The position numbers and the translations under genes are program-made. Below, in pieces: positions 26,581-36,622 of a DNA stretch of 64,000 nucleotides. Within the stretch, counting starts at the first letter, position 1. Every line of letters begins with the position of its first letter. The notes under the pieces were generated by a model. That model was given only the letters and a program-made list of their open reading frames with translations, searched no databases and was not told the origin of the DNA. Source of the stretch: Planctomycetota bacterium (GTDB taxonomy: Bacteria; Planctomycetota; UBA1135; UBA2386); contig JACKHZ010000009.1 of NCBI GenBank assembly GCA_020638735.1, positions 185,407 to 249,406 of the forward strand. Reading direction: 5' to 3'.

Positions 26581-28266
26581 TCACATCATCGGCGCCGGCG
26601 CCATGCCCGCGGCGCTCGGGTCGACCGGGCCGAGGATCTTCTTGACGATCGTCGACTCGATCAGCGACCACGTCATCGACGTGACCATGTAGAGCAGCAG
26701 CGCCGAGGCGTAGTTGTAGAGCATGACCGCGAAGATCAGCGGCATGAAGCGCATCATCTGCTGCATCTGCCGCTGCTGCGGGTCGGTCGGCAGCGGCTGC
26801 CGCAGCGTCATGAACATGAACAGCGCGATCCAGAGCAGCGGCAGCAGGTTGAGCACCCCGGGCCAGAACGGCAAGGCGACCAGCGCATCGCTGGTGCTGA
26901 GGTCGTCGATCCAGCCGAGGAACGGCTGCTGGCGCAGGTCGTAGGCGGTGCGCAGCGCCGTGAACAGGCCGATGTAGATCGGCATCGTCAGGAACATCGG
27001 CAGGCAGCCGCCGAGCGGCGGCATCACGCCGTGCTCGCGGTTGAACTGCAGCATCGCCTGCTGGTACGCCTTCGGGTCGTCGGCGTGCTTCTTCTTCAGC
27101 TCCTCCATCTTCGGCTTCAGCTTGGCCATCTTGGCGCCGAACTTCCGCATCGACTTCTGCATGTGGAAGTTGATCGGGAACAGCGAGCTGCGCACGACGA
27201 TCGTCAACAGGATGACGGCGAAGCCCCAGTTGCCGAGCAGGTCGTGGAAGAAGCCGAGCACCTTCAGCAGCAGCCACGCGATCTGCTTGCCGAGCGGCAC
27301 CTCGATGAGGCAGCACGGCGCCGTCAGGTCGACGTCGAGCACCGGCGCGTAGCGCTGCAGCTCGGGCTGCGCGTCGAAGATGCGGTACGACTTCGGCCCG
27401 AAGTAGAGGCCGTAACGCAGCGTCACCGCCTGGCCGGCGTCGGGGATCGCGATCGACAGGCCGTAGAGCACGCGCGCGGTCGGCGCGGCCGGGTGCTCGG
27501 CGGAGCCGCCGCCGGCCAGCGTGTCGACGTCGAGACGGGTCAGGGCGCTGCGCGAGGTGTCGTCGAGCGGCGACAGGAACGCGGCGAAGAAGCGGTTGGT
27601 GCTGCCCGCGAACGACATCGTACGCGGATCGATCTCGAGCACCTGCGCCTCGCCCGGCTTCGGCTTGACCGAGGCGACGGTGCCGTCCTGCGAGGTCGCG
27701 ATCGCGGCCGAGACGTCGAGGAACGTCGAGCTATGCCCCGCCGGGCTGAACAGCGTGGGACCGTTGAGGCTGAGCTCGAGGTTGCCGCGCAGGTCGGAGC
27801 CCTGGTTGCGCAGCGTCAGCTCCAAGGTGAAGCCGCGCAGCTCCTGCTGGTAGTGCAGCACCTTCTCCAGCACGAGGCCCTTGCCGTCGGCGAGCACGAA
27901 CTTGACGCCGTCGGCGATCGGCTCGCGCGTCCAGTCGGCCGTCGACGGATCGACCGCGAAGGTCGCGCCGCTGCGCTGCGTCAGCCGCAGCGCGTGCGTC
28001 GGGTCGTCGACCAGCAACAGGTAGTCGCCGCTCTTGTGCTCCTGCTGGTCGCGCTGCGCGACGGTCGGGTAGTGGTCGGTCAGCTGCAGCCACTTCAGCG
28101 CCGCGCCGCGGCGGCTGAAGCCGGCGCGCAGGCTGCCGTTGGTGCCCGGCTCGCCGAACTGCTGCTCGAAGCTGACCGGCTCCTGCGCTCCGTTCTGCGC
28201 GCGAGCCAACGGCGCCACACCGAACAGCGCCAACAACACCAGGGACAGACGGGTCACGATCGACAT
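26581..28266 (-). CDS. yidC: Membrane protein insertase YidC
   Basis: Last 561 codons of ORF 26581..32082 (CAT at 28264-28266). N-terminal TM helix, large periplasmic domain, then the conserved core WGFAVILLTIVVRSSLFPI, PKMEELKKKH, GCLPMFLTMPIYIGLF. Confidence 0.9.
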   Translation of the reverse strand: MSIVTRLSLVLLALFGVAPLARAQNGAQEPVSFEQQFGEPGTNGSLRAGFSRRGAALKWLQLTDHYPTVAQRDQQEHKSGDYLLLVDDPTHALRLTQRSGATFAVDPSTADWTREPIADGVKFVLADGKGLVLEKVLHYQQELRGFTLELTLRNQGSDLRGNLELSLNGPTLFSPAGHSSTFLDVSAAIATSQDGTVASVKPKPGEAQVLEIDPRTMSFAGSTNRFFAAFLSPLDDTSRSALTRLDVDTLAGGGSAEHPAAPTARVLYGLSIAIPDAGQAVTLRYGLYFGPKSYRIFDAQPELQRYAPVLDVDLTAPCCLIEVPLGKQIAWLLLKVLGFFHDLLGNWGFAVILLTIVVRSSLFPINFHMQKSMRKFGAKMAKLKPKMEELKKKHADDPKAYQQAMLQFNREHGVMPPLGGCLPMFLTMPIYIGLFTALRTAYDLRQQPFLGWIDDLSTSDALVALPFWPGVLNLLPLLWIALFMFMTLRQPLPTDPQQRQMQQMMRFMPLIFAVMLYNYASALLLYMVTSMTWSLIESTIVKKILGPVDPSAAGMAPAPMM

Positions 28267-28352
28267 GAGTGCTCGGGGCGGCCGGGCGCGGCGGCGAAGG
28301 GGAAGTGGCGGCGTCCGGCGTCGGCGGCGGAACGCGGGATCGGGGTTGGGGT

Positions 28353-29117
28353 TCACCGGCCCTGCGCGAGCCGGTCCGCCAGGTAGTCGGGCAGCTGCTC
28401 GATGGCGCGGATCTTCGCCATCACGGCTTCGACGTCGTATTCGACGCGGTGGAAGCGCACCGTACCACCCTCGCCGTCGCCGTCGTAGGTGACGAACGAC
28501 GAGCGCGGGTCGCCGTCGCGCGGCTGGCCGACCGAGCCGATGTTGACGATCGCCGGCTCGGTGACCTTCCACTCCATGCCGATCTCGTTCGGCATCAGGA
28601 AGCCGCCGGACTTCAGGTAGACGCCGGGCACGTGGCTGTGGCCGATGAAGCACAGCTTCGCCTCGCCCATCTTGGCGAAGCACTCGCCCATCTTCTGCGG
28701 GTCGGCGGCGTCGCGCGGCACCATGTACTCGCGCACCGGGTCGCGCGGCGAGCCGTGCACGAACAGCATCTTCTGCTCGCGGTGCTCCTTCTTCATCGCG
28801 TCCAGGTAGTTCCAGAAGCGCATGTTCTCGTCGCGCGGGCAGTCGCGGCGGCTGAGCTGGTCGCGGGTCCAGTCGATGGCGGCCCGGGCGCGCGGGTTGA
28901 AGTCGGAGGCGTAGAACATCGCCCCCTGCTCGTGGTTGCCGAGCAGCGAGAACTCGCAGCGCTCCATCACCGTGCGCAGCGCCTCGCGGGGCTGCGGGCC
29001 GTAGCCGATGACGTCGCCGAGGCAGATCCACCGCTTCGCCCCGAGCCGCTCGCTCTCGGCGAGGCAGTTGGTCAGGGCCTCGATGTTGCTGTGGATGTCG
29101 GAGAGGAGCGCGATCAT
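28353..29117 (-). CDS. Calcineurin-like metallophosphoesterase
   Basis: Start at Met70 of ORF 28353..29324. Motifs LSDIHSN, LGDVIGYG, LLGNHE, FVHGSP, IGHSHVP. Confidence 0.8.
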   Translation of the reverse strand: MIALLSDIHSNIEALTNCLAESERLGAKRWICLGDVIGYGPQPREALRTVMERCEFSLLGNHEQGAMFYASDFNPRARAAIDWTRDQLSRRDCPRDENMRFWNYLDAMKKEHREQKMLFVHGSPRDPVREYMVPRDAADPQKMGECFAKMGEAKLCFIGHSHVPGVYLKSGGFLMPNEIGMEWKVTEPAIVNIGSVGQPRDGDPRSSFVTYDGDGEGGTVRFHRVEYDVEAVMAKIRAIEQLPDYLADRLAQGR

Positions 29118-29226
29118 CGTCAGGGGGCGGAGACGGTACCGAAGCAGGCGGCGACGCGGAAGGGCGGAGCCGGTAACTTCCGTCCCGATCCGCGCGCCAA
29201 GGCCGCGACGCCCCCGCAGAGTTCCG

Positions 29227-30168
29227 GTGCACAGCGAACCCCATCCCGCCCCCCCGCTCTGGGTCGTCACCGGCCCCACCGCCTCCGGCAAGACGGCCAT
29301 GGCCGTCGAGATCGCCGCCCGCACCGGCCGCGAGGTCCTGTCGATGGACTCGATGGCCGTCTACCGGCAGATGGACATCGGCACGGCCAAGCCGACGGCC
29401 GAGGAGCGGGCCCGCGTGCCGCACCACCTGATCGACCTGGTGGCGCCGCAGGACACGTTCGACACGGCGCGATGGTGCGAGGAGGCCGCCATGCGGCTGG
29501 ACGAGCTGCAGCGTCGCGGGGTCGGCGCGCTGTTCGTCGGCGGCACGCCGCTGTACCTGATGGCGTTCTTCAAGGGCATGATGGAGGGCCCCGAGTCGGA
29601 CCCGGCCCTGCGCGCGGCGCTCGAGGCCCGCGAGCACGCGGAGCCCGGCGCGCTGCACGCCGAGCTGCAGGCGCGCGACCCGGCGGCGGCGGCCCGCATC
29701 CACCGCAACGACCTGCGCCGGCTGGTGCGCGCGCTCGAGGTGCTCGAGCAGACCGGCCGCACGATCTCGAGCCAGCAGGACCACTTCGAGCGCGACGGCT
29801 GGCTGCGCCCGTGCCGCGTCGTCGTCGTCGAACGCGACCGCGACGACCTGCACGCCCGGGTAAAGCAGCGCACCGAGCGCATGCTCGACGACGGGCTGCT
29901 CACCGAGACCGAGGCGATCGAACGGCAGGGCGGCTTCTCCCGCACCGCCGGCGCGGCGATCGGCTACGCCGAGTGCCGCGAGTTCCTGCGCGGCAGGTTC
30001 AAGGACCGCACCGAGCTGCGCAACCGCATCCGCCGCAACACCCACCAGTTGATCCGTCGCCAGTCGACCTGGCTGCGGCGCCTCGCCGAGGCCGCGACGG
30101 TGCCCGCCGCCGCCGGCGCCGACGCCGTGCAGCGGGCGCTCGAAACAAGCTCCGCCGAACTCCAGTAG
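29227..30168 (+). CDS. miaA: tRNA dimethylallyltransferase
   Basis: GTG at 29227 in the frame of ORF 29008..30168. P-loop GPTASGKT, SMDSMAVYRQMDIGTAKPT, HHLIDL, GGTPLYL. Confidence 0.9.
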   Translation: MHSEPHPAPPLWVVTGPTASGKTAMAVEIAARTGREVLSMDSMAVYRQMDIGTAKPTAEERARVPHHLIDLVAPQDTFDTARWCEEAAMRLDELQRRGVGALFVGGTPLYLMAFFKGMMEGPESDPALRAALEAREHAEPGALHAELQARDPAAAARIHRNDLRRLVRALEVLEQTGRTISSQQDHFERDGWLRPCRVVVVERDRDDLHARVKQRTERMLDDGLLTETEAIERQGGFSRTAGAAIGYAECREFLRGRFKDRTELRNRIRRNTHQLIRRQSTWLRRLAEAATVPAAAGADAVQRALETSSAELQ

Positions 30169-30237
30169 TTCTGCGGCCGCCCCCGATAGGATCGCGGCGT
30201 CCCGCGGCCTGCAGAAAGAGAGACTCGCCCCCCCACC

Positions 30238-32139
30238 ATGTGCGGCTTCGCCGGCATCTACCTGTTGGACCAAGACCCTGCCGCCGCCGACCTCGGTGCG
30301 CGCGTCGAGGCGATGGCGCGGGCCATCGCGCACCGCGGTCCGGACGCGCAGAACGTGCTCGCCGAACCCCACGTCGCGGTCGGCTTCCGGCGGCTGGCGA
30401 TCGTCGATCTCGTCACCGGCGACCAGCCCGTGCGCGCCGCCGACCCGCGCATCCAGGTGTTCTTCAACGGCGAGATCTACAACCACCTCGAGCTGCGCGA
30501 CAAGCTGCGCCGCGAGCACGGCGTGGCCATCGACCACGGCTCCGACGCCGCGGTGCTGCCGCACCTCTACGAGCGCTACGGCGAGGACTTCGTCGAGCTG
30601 CTCAACGGCATGTTCGCGATCTGCGTGCTCGACGGCCGCGACCGCTCGTGCCGCGTCTACCGCGACCGCCTCGGCATCAAGCCGATGTACTTCGCCCAGC
30701 GCGGCCACGCGGTGGTGTTCGGCAGCGAGCTGAAGACGCTGTTCGCGAGCGGCCTGGTGGACGCGGCGATCGACCCGGCGCAGGTCGTGCCGTTCCTCGA
30801 GCTGTTCTACGTGCCGGGCACGGCGACGCTGTGCCGTGGAGTGCAGAAGCTGCTGCCCGGCGAACGGCTGGTGCTCGAGCAGCAGAAGCCGCTGCGGCGC
30901 GAGCGCTGGTGGCGGCTCGCCGGCCACGTCACGGCGGCGCCCGGTGACCGGCTCGACGAGCTCGACGCGCTGCTCGCCGACGCGACACGGCTGCAGCTGA
31001 TGGCCGACGTGCCGCTCGGCATCAGCCTGTCCGGCGGCCTCGACTCGAGCCTGATCGCGCACTACGCGCGGCGCGGCCAGCAGCAGGGCCACGGCGCCGA
31101 GGTACGCGCGTTCACCATCGCCTTCCCGGACACCGATCCGGGCGAGCTGGCGTGCGCGCGCGCGGTCGCGCAGCAGCTCGGCATCGAGCAGATCGAGATC
31201 ACCGCCGAGGCCGGCGACTTCCTCGCCGAGCTCGACGCGACGACATGGTTCAACGACGAGCCGGTCGCCGACCCGGCGTTCTTCCCGGCGCTGCTGGTGG
31301 CGCGCGCGGCCAGCGAGCACGTCAAGGTGCTGCTGGCGGGCAGCGGCGCCGACGAGCTGTTCGCCGGCTACGGGCACTACCGGCTTACCAGCCGGGCCAA
31401 CGCCTACCGGCTGCTCGCATCCGTGCTCGGCGACGGCGTCGCGGCGAAGGCGGTCGGCATGCGCAGGCCGCCGGTCGAACGCGCGGCGATCCGCGGCTTC
31501 GGCAAGGACCGGCTCGCCTACCACGGCCGCGCGATGACGCACCTCACCGACGGCGACCGCGCGGCGCTGCGCGGGCTGGTGCAGCGCGACCACCTCGAAG
31601 AGCTCGGCGAGAGCTTCCGCAGCGCGGCGCTGCTCGACCCGCGGAACCGGCAGCTGTGCGCCGACACCGAGACCTACCTGCCGCACCAGCTGCTGAGCCT
31701 GCTCGACCGCACGACGATGGGCGCGTCGGTCGAGGGTCGCGTGCCGTTCCTCGACCACCGCGTCGCCGAGTTCGCGCTGTCGATCCACGGCGACCACAAG
31801 TTCGGCGCGGTGCACGAGAACAAGCTGCTGCTGCGGCGGCTGGCCGCGCGCCACCTGCCCGGCGACGTCGCCACGCGCAAGAAGCACGGCTTCCCCAACG
31901 CGGTGACGCGCTGGCTGTCGCCGGACACGCTGCCGGCGCTGCGCGAACGACTGCTCGGCGCGGGCACCTTCGTCGGTGACACGCTGCCGCAGAAGTGGCT
32001 CGAGGGCCTGCTGGCGACGCCGGAGACGGTGCGCGACAACGCGCTGACGCTGCACTCGCTGCTGGTGCTCGGTTCGTGGCACCGCGTGTTCTGCGGCAAG
32101 GTGCGGCCGAGCGCCGTCGCCGCGGGGACCGCGCGATGA
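30238..32139 (+). CDS. asnB: Asparagine synthase (glutamine-hydrolysing) family protein
   Basis: N-terminal nucleophile MCGFAGI. FNGEIYNH. PP-loop SLSGGLDSS. 633 aa. Confidence 0.85.
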   Translation: MCGFAGIYLLDQDPAAADLGARVEAMARAIAHRGPDAQNVLAEPHVAVGFRRLAIVDLVTGDQPVRAADPRIQVFFNGEIYNHLELRDKLRREHGVAIDHGSDAAVLPHLYERYGEDFVELLNGMFAICVLDGRDRSCRVYRDRLGIKPMYFAQRGHAVVFGSELKTLFASGLVDAAIDPAQVVPFLELFYVPGTATLCRGVQKLLPGERLVLEQQKPLRRERWWRLAGHVTAAPGDRLDELDALLADATRLQLMADVPLGISLSGGLDSSLIAHYARRGQQQGHGAEVRAFTIAFPDTDPGELACARAVAQQLGIEQIEITAEAGDFLAELDATTWFNDEPVADPAFFPALLVARAASEHVKVLLAGSGADELFAGYGHYRLTSRANAYRLLASVLGDGVAAKAVGMRRPPVERAAIRGFGKDRLAYHGRAMTHLTDGDRAALRGLVQRDHLEELGESFRSAALLDPRNRQLCADTETYLPHQLLSLLDRTTMGASVEGRVPFLDHRVAEFALSIHGDHKFGAVHENKLLLRRLAARHLPGDVATRKKHGFPNAVTRWLSPDTLPALRERLLGAGTFVGDTLPQKWLEGLLATPETVRDNALTLHSLLVLGSWHRVFCGKVRPSAVAAGTAR

Positions 32140-33647
32140 GCGCGCACGCCGACCTCCGGCGGCGCACCGTGAAGAGCCTGTTCTGGCAGCTGCTCGGCGT
32201 CGGTGGCCAGCGGGTGCTGCAGATGGTCAGCCTGGCCGCGCTGTGGCGGCTGATCCCCAAGGAGGACCTCGGCCTGTTCTTCGGCCTGCTGACCGGCATC
32301 GGCATCATCGAGGCGCTGACGATGTTCGTCGGTGAGCAGAGCACGATCAGCTCGCAGCGCACCGTCGACCGACGCTACCTCGACACGGTGTTCACCGTGC
32401 GGGTACTTCGCGGCCTGCTGATCAGCTCGGCGCTGTGCGGCCTCGCCTGGCCGCTGGCGTGGTTCTTCGACGACGCCGAGTCCGCCGCCAACTACTGGCT
32501 CCCGGGACTGTTCCTGGTGCTCGCGCCCAACGGCGTGTTCGACGCGCTGCAGAGCCCGGCGCGCGCCGCGCACATGAAGGGGCTCGACTTCCGCCGCATC
32601 GTGCTCGGTGACTTCGCCGCGGCGGTGCTCGGCGCCGGCGTGACGATCGCGCTGGCCGCGACCTGGCAGGACGTCTGGGCGCTGGTGATCGGGTATCTCT
32701 GCACCACGGCGCTGAAGAGCGCGATCAGCTACCTCTCGGCGCCGCACCGGCCGCGCTTCTGCTTCGACCGCGCGGTACTGCAGGAGCTGCTGCACTACAA
32801 CCTCGGCGCTGCCGGCGCCCCGTTCCTGCTGCTGCTGATCTTCACCTCGCCGGCGCTGGTGCTGACCAAGGTGCTCGGGGATTGGGGCGCGCTGGCGGTC
32901 TACGACGGCGCCGGCAAGCTGGCCAAGCTGCCCGAAGACGTGTTCCTCCGCGTGCTGGGCCCGGTGGCGATCCCCGCCTACGCGCAGCTGCGTCAGGATC
33001 CGGAGCGGCTGCAGAAGGCGTGGCTGCGCGCGGTGCACACCTTCCTGCTGCTCGGCGCGCCGATGACCGTGTCGCTGGCCTGGTGCGGCGACGCGCTGCC
33101 GCAGCTCGCGTTCGGCGCCGACTACGCGGCGATCGACGGCCTGTTCGCGTTGCTGTCGCTGCACGGCGGCCTCACCGGCATGACCTCGGTGATCGGGCCG
33201 CTGTTCTGGGCGATCGGCAGGCCGCAGCTCGACCGCAACACGCAGTTCGTGCGCTGCGTGGTCATCTACGGCCTCGGCATCGTGCTGGCGAAGCAGCACG
33301 GCGTGCTCGGCTTCGCGATCGCCGCGTGCGTGTCGATCGGCGTCGCGCTGCTGATCTCGGCGGTGCTGGCGATGCGCATCCTGCACGTACGTCCCGGGGC
33401 GTTCGCCGCGGCGATGCGCGACGGCGCCCTGATCGGGGCGGCGTTGTTCGGCGCCTTCGTCGTCGTCGACCACTTCGCCGCCCCCGAGCGCTGGCTGCGC
33501 ATCGGCACGGCGGCGCTGCTCGGCGGCCCGGTGATCGGCGTGCTCGGCCTGCAGTTGCTGCGCCAGCGCGGCGGGGCGACACCCGGGGGCCCCGACGACG
33601 AAGCCGCGCAGGTCTGCGACGAGGCAAACGGACCGTCGTTGCTGTAG
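32136..33647 (+). CDS. Polysaccharide biosynthesis protein / Wzx-like flippase (MOP superfamily)
   Basis: ATG at 32136 overlaps the asnB stop (ATGA). About 12 hydrophobic helices. The N-terminus RRRTVKSLFWQLLGVGGQRVLQ is typical of oligosaccharide flippases. Confidence 0.75.
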   Translation: MSAHADLRRRTVKSLFWQLLGVGGQRVLQMVSLAALWRLIPKEDLGLFFGLLTGIGIIEALTMFVGEQSTISSQRTVDRRYLDTVFTVRVLRGLLISSALCGLAWPLAWFFDDAESAANYWLPGLFLVLAPNGVFDALQSPARAAHMKGLDFRRIVLGDFAAAVLGAGVTIALAATWQDVWALVIGYLCTTALKSAISYLSAPHRPRFCFDRAVLQELLHYNLGAAGAPFLLLLIFTSPALVLTKVLGDWGALAVYDGAGKLAKLPEDVFLRVLGPVAIPAYAQLRQDPERLQKAWLRAVHTFLLLGAPMTVSLAWCGDALPQLAFGADYAAIDGLFALLSLHGGLTGMTSVIGPLFWAIGRPQLDRNTQFVRCVVIYGLGIVLAKQHGVLGFAIAACVSIGVALLISAVLAMRILHVRPGAFAAAMRDGALIGAALFGAFVVVDHFAAPERWLRIGTAALLGGPVIGVLGLQLLRQRGGATPGGPDDEAAQVCDEANGPSLL

Positions 33648-33674
33648 ACGCCCCGCCCGCCGAAGATCCGCCGC

Positions 33675-34334
33675 GTGAGCAGCGCCCCGGAACCTTCACC
33701 CGCCGAGACCCTCGTCGAACACGCCCGCCGACTCGGCGCGGCGGTCGCCGTCGAAGACGCCGACCAGCTGCTGGCGTACCTCGACGCGATGCTGCAGACC
33801 AACGAGCACGTCAACCTGACGGGCGTGCGCGACTGGGACCAGGCGGTGGTGCTGCACGCGCTCGACAGCCTCGCCTTCGGCAAGGCCGGCGTCGAGCCGC
33901 ATCACGTGCTCGACATCGGCACCGGCAACGGCTTCCCCGGGGTCGGCGTCGCCGCGCTGTTCCCGCGCGCCACCGTGCTGCTGATCGACCGCACCGGCAA
34001 GAAGGTGCGCGCCATCGGCATGTGCCTGGTGACCGCCGGCCTCGACCGCGTCGAGACGCGCCAGCTCGACGCGCAGCAGGCCCCGGCGCTGCACAAGGAG
34101 CTGCGCCACGCGTTCGACGTCGCCACCGCGCGCGCGGTCGGCCAGCCGGCGCAGATGGCCGAGCTCGCCGAGCCGCTGGTGCGCCCCGGCGGCCACCTGG
34201 TGCTGTGGCTCGACGCCGACGCCGAGACGCCGGAGCGGCTCGGCAAGTTCAGGCTCGCCCGCGTCGTCGAGTACGACCTGCCCGAGCCCGCGGCGCGTCA
34301 CCGCAAGCTCGGCGTCTACCAGCGCGCCAGGTAG
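33675..34334 (+). CDS. rsmG: 16S rRNA (guanine527-N7)-methyltransferase
   Basis: GTG start. NLTGVRDWDQAVVLHALDSL. SAM motif VLDIGTGNGFPGV. ARAV near the C-terminus. Confidence 0.85.
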   Translation: MSSAPEPSPAETLVEHARRLGAAVAVEDADQLLAYLDAMLQTNEHVNLTGVRDWDQAVVLHALDSLAFGKAGVEPHHVLDIGTGNGFPGVGVAALFPRATVLLIDRTGKKVRAIGMCLVTAGLDRVETRQLDAQQAPALHKELRHAFDVATARAVGQPAQMAELAEPLVRPGGHLVLWLDADAETPERLGKFRLARVVEYDLPEPAARHRKLGVYQRAR

Positions 34335-34434
34335 CACTGGCAGCACGCACCGGGTCACCCCAGAGGGCGACAGGCCATCCGGACGATGGCAGCCAGGGCA
34401 CTACGAGCACATCCGGTGCTCGCGCGCCCGAGGC

Positions 34435-34453
34435 GGGGCCGCGCAGCGGCCCC
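34435..34453. terminator. GC hairpin between convergent genes (possible bidirectional terminator)
   Basis: GGGGCCGC-GCA-GCGGCCCC: 8-bp stem, 3-nt loop. It lies between the rsmG stop (34334) and the minus-strand lipoprotein stop (34524). A second 6-bp hairpin is at 34405-34421. No U-tract. Confidence 0.35.
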
Positions 34454-34523
34454 GATCAGCGCGCCAACGAGGCAGCGCCGCGCGCCAACGAGGCAATGAT
34501 CGATCGCCGATTCGCTCCGCGAA

Positions 34524-34901
34524 TCAGCGGTTGACCACTTCGTCGACCAGCGGCATCGAGCTCGCGGTCATCAGGCCGAAGCGGCCGATGTGCTCGAGCT
34601 TGGTCGTATTGCTCGGGTAGTTGACGTACGGGTCGTTCGGGTTGTAGTTCCAGAAGTGGCGATCGATGAAGTCGGAGATCGCCATCAGGTCGCGACCGAA
34701 CGCGTTGTTGCGGCCGTCGCTACGACGACGCACGTTGCGGAAGAAGGTCTCCGTCTCGTACTTGTTGGCGAGGGCGGCGACGTCCTTGATGCCGCGCTGC
34801 TTCTGCTCGCGGGTCAGGCCGGCGCCCTGGCCTTCCCAGTTGACCAGATTCGAGCACGCAGCGAAGGGGAGCAGAGCCAGGACGAGTGCAAGCTTGCGCA
34901 T
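34524..34901 (-). CDS. Small lipoprotein, hypothetical
   Basis: Start at Met31 of ORF 34524..34991 (CAT at 34899-34901). MRKLALVLALLPFAAC lipobox. Lower-GC, normal composition (NKYETETFFRNVRRRSDGRNNAFGRD). Confidence 0.65.
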   Translation of the reverse strand: MRKLALVLALLPFAACSNLVNWEGQGAGLTREQKQRGIKDVAALANKYETETFFRNVRRRSDGRNNAFGRDLMAISDFIDRHFWNYNPNDPYVNYPSNTTKLEHIGRFGLMTASSMPLVDEVVNR

Positions 34902-35078
34902 GGGTCGTGCGAAGTTGGGGTCGGTGCGAAGTTGGGGGTCTCGGGAGACGCGCCGGGAGAGAGCGCGGGTCGCGCACGCTAGCCGGTCCATAATGACCGT
35001 GCAACCGTCAATTCCCGGCGGCCGACCGCCGGCCGGCAGGCGCGGAAACGGGCCGCGCGCGACAAGTCCCGTCCGTGC

Positions 35079-35759
35079 TTGCTCCCCCCACCGGCCGCCC
35101 TACGCTCGGGCGCGATGGCGGCAGGCGCGAACGGCGCGGACCAACAGGGCTCGACGCACGGCGTCGGCGTGCTCGGGGGCTCGTTCAACCCGCCGCACGC
35201 GACCCACCTGCGGTTGTGCCGCGAGGCCCTCGCCCGGCTGCCGATCGACCGCCTGCTGGTGATCCCGGCCGGCGACCACCCGCACAAGCGCGGCCGCGAC
35301 ATGGCGCCGGCCGAGGACCGCCTGGCGATGTGCCGGCTGGCCTTCGGCGACCTGCCCGGCGTCACCGTCGACGACCGCGAGCTGCGGCGCCGCGGGCCGT
35401 CGTTCACCGTCGACACCCTGGCCGAGCTGCGCGCCGAACTGCACGCGCCGCTGTTCTTCCTGATCGGCAGCGACAACCTCCCGCTGCTGCCCACCTGGCA
35501 CGAGCACCACCGCCTGCTGCAGCTGGCCAGCGTCGTCACCTGGCCGCGGCGCGGCCATGCGATCGACGCCGCGACGCTGCGCGGGCTCGACCTCCGCGAC
35601 GACGAACGCGACGAGCTGCTCCGGCACGTGCTCGACGTCGACGCCGACGAGGTCGCGGCCAGCGACCTGCGGCAGCGGCTGCGCGCCGGCGGGCGCCCGC
35701 TGCCCGAGCTGTCGCCGGCCGTGCTCGACTACATCGAACGGCGCGGGCTCTACCGATGA
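35079..35759 (+). CDS. nadD: Nicotinate-nucleotide adenylyltransferase
   Basis: GGSFNPPHATHL (GxFxPxHxxH), LLVIPAGDHPHK, SFTVDTL, FLIGSDNL. The listed start is TTG at 35079; ATG at 35115 is an alternative. Confidence 0.85.
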   Translation: MLPPPAALRSGAMAAGANGADQQGSTHGVGVLGGSFNPPHATHLRLCREALARLPIDRLLVIPAGDHPHKRGRDMAPAEDRLAMCRLAFGDLPGVTVDDRELRRRGPSFTVDTLAELRAELHAPLFFLIGSDNLPLLPTWHEHHRLLQLASVVTWPRRGHAIDAATLRGLDLRDDERDELLRHVLDVDADEVAASDLRQRLRAGGRPLPELSPAVLDYIERRGLYR

Positions 35760-36613
35760 TCGCCGCGCTGTGGGCGCTGCTCGGCACGGCCGCGGCGGTC
35801 GGCCTCGGCGACCTCGTCAACCGCCGCGTGGTCGGCTGGCTGCCCGACGATCCGCCGCGCCCCGGCCGCAAGCAGCACCAGCGACCGATGCCGCTCGCCG
35901 GCGTGCTGCTGCTGCCGACCTTGCTGACGCTGCTGCTGCTGGACGAGGCGCTGGTGCCGGCGCTCGCGGTGGCGATCCAGGCCGCCGTCGGCTTCGTCGA
36001 CGATCGGCGGAAGGAACGCGGCGACGGACTCGACTGGCGCTGGAAGGCGCTCGGCCTCGGCGTCGGCTGCGCGTTGCTCGGCGCCTCGGTCGTCGACCCG
36101 ATCGCGCGACCGGCGGCGGCGCTGCTCGCCGCCGCCTTCGCGTTCGTGCTGACCAACGCGGTCAACTTCCTCGACAACACCGACGGCGTCGCCGCGGCGC
36201 TGACCGCCGCCATGCTGCTGTGCCTCGGGTGCGACCCCGCGCTCGCCGCGCACCACCTCGCGCCCGTCGCGCTCGGCCTCGGCGGCGCGGCGCTCGGCTT
36301 CCTGGCGTGGAACTGGCCGACGCCGCGGGTGTTCCTCGGCGACGCCGGCGCCTACGCGCTCGGCGCGACGACGTCGTGGGTGGCGCTGTCGGCGGCGCGG
36401 GTCGACAGCGGCTCGATGTGGAGCGTCGCCGTGCCGCTCGCCGACTTCGCGCAGGTCGTCACGGCGCGCGTCGTGCTGGCGGTGCCGCCGTGGGTCGGTG
36501 ACCGCCGCCACCTGACCCACATCGCCCAGAACCTCGGCCTGCCGCGCCGCGCGGTGGCGCCGCTGTTCGCGACGCTCGCCGTCGGCGTCTGGGCGGCCGC
36601 GCGGCTCCGATAG
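35756..36613 (+). CDS. Polyprenyl-phosphate sugar-1-phosphate transferase (MraY/WecA family)
   Basis: ATG at 35756 overlaps the nadD stop (ATGA). Multi-TM. Motifs GFVDDRR, NAVNFLDNTDGVA, VFLGDAGAYALG. Confidence 0.75.
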   Translation: MIAALWALLGTAAAVGLGDLVNRRVVGWLPDDPPRPGRKQHQRPMPLAGVLLLPTLLTLLLLDEALVPALAVAIQAAVGFVDDRRKERGDGLDWRWKALGLGVGCALLGASVVDPIARPAAALLAAAFAFVLTNAVNFLDNTDGVAAALTAAMLLCLGCDPALAAHHLAPVALGLGGAALGFLAWNWPTPRVFLGDAGAYALGATTSWVALSAARVDSGSMWSVAVPLADFAQVVTARVVLAVPPWVGDRRHLTHIAQNLGLPRRAVAPLFATLAVGVWAAARLR

Positions 36614-36622
36614 CTGCGACAG

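Noticed and set aside
26581-32082. A 1833-aa ORF on the minus strand, the longest in the window.
   Set aside because: Only the last 561 codons (26581-28266) look like a real protein (YidC). The rest is Arg/Ala/Gly-rich and runs antisense to the well-supported metallophosphoesterase-upstream region, miaA and asnB. This is a typical high-GC open-frame artefact.
34458-34495. Duplicated 14-mer (GCGCCAACGAGGCA at 34461-34474 and 34482-34495, 21-nt period; the match extends imperfectly to ~18 nt) in the rsmG / lipoprotein convergent gap.
   Set aside because: Only two copies, short, and within a region already explained by terminator-type hairpins. Not enough to call a functional repeat.
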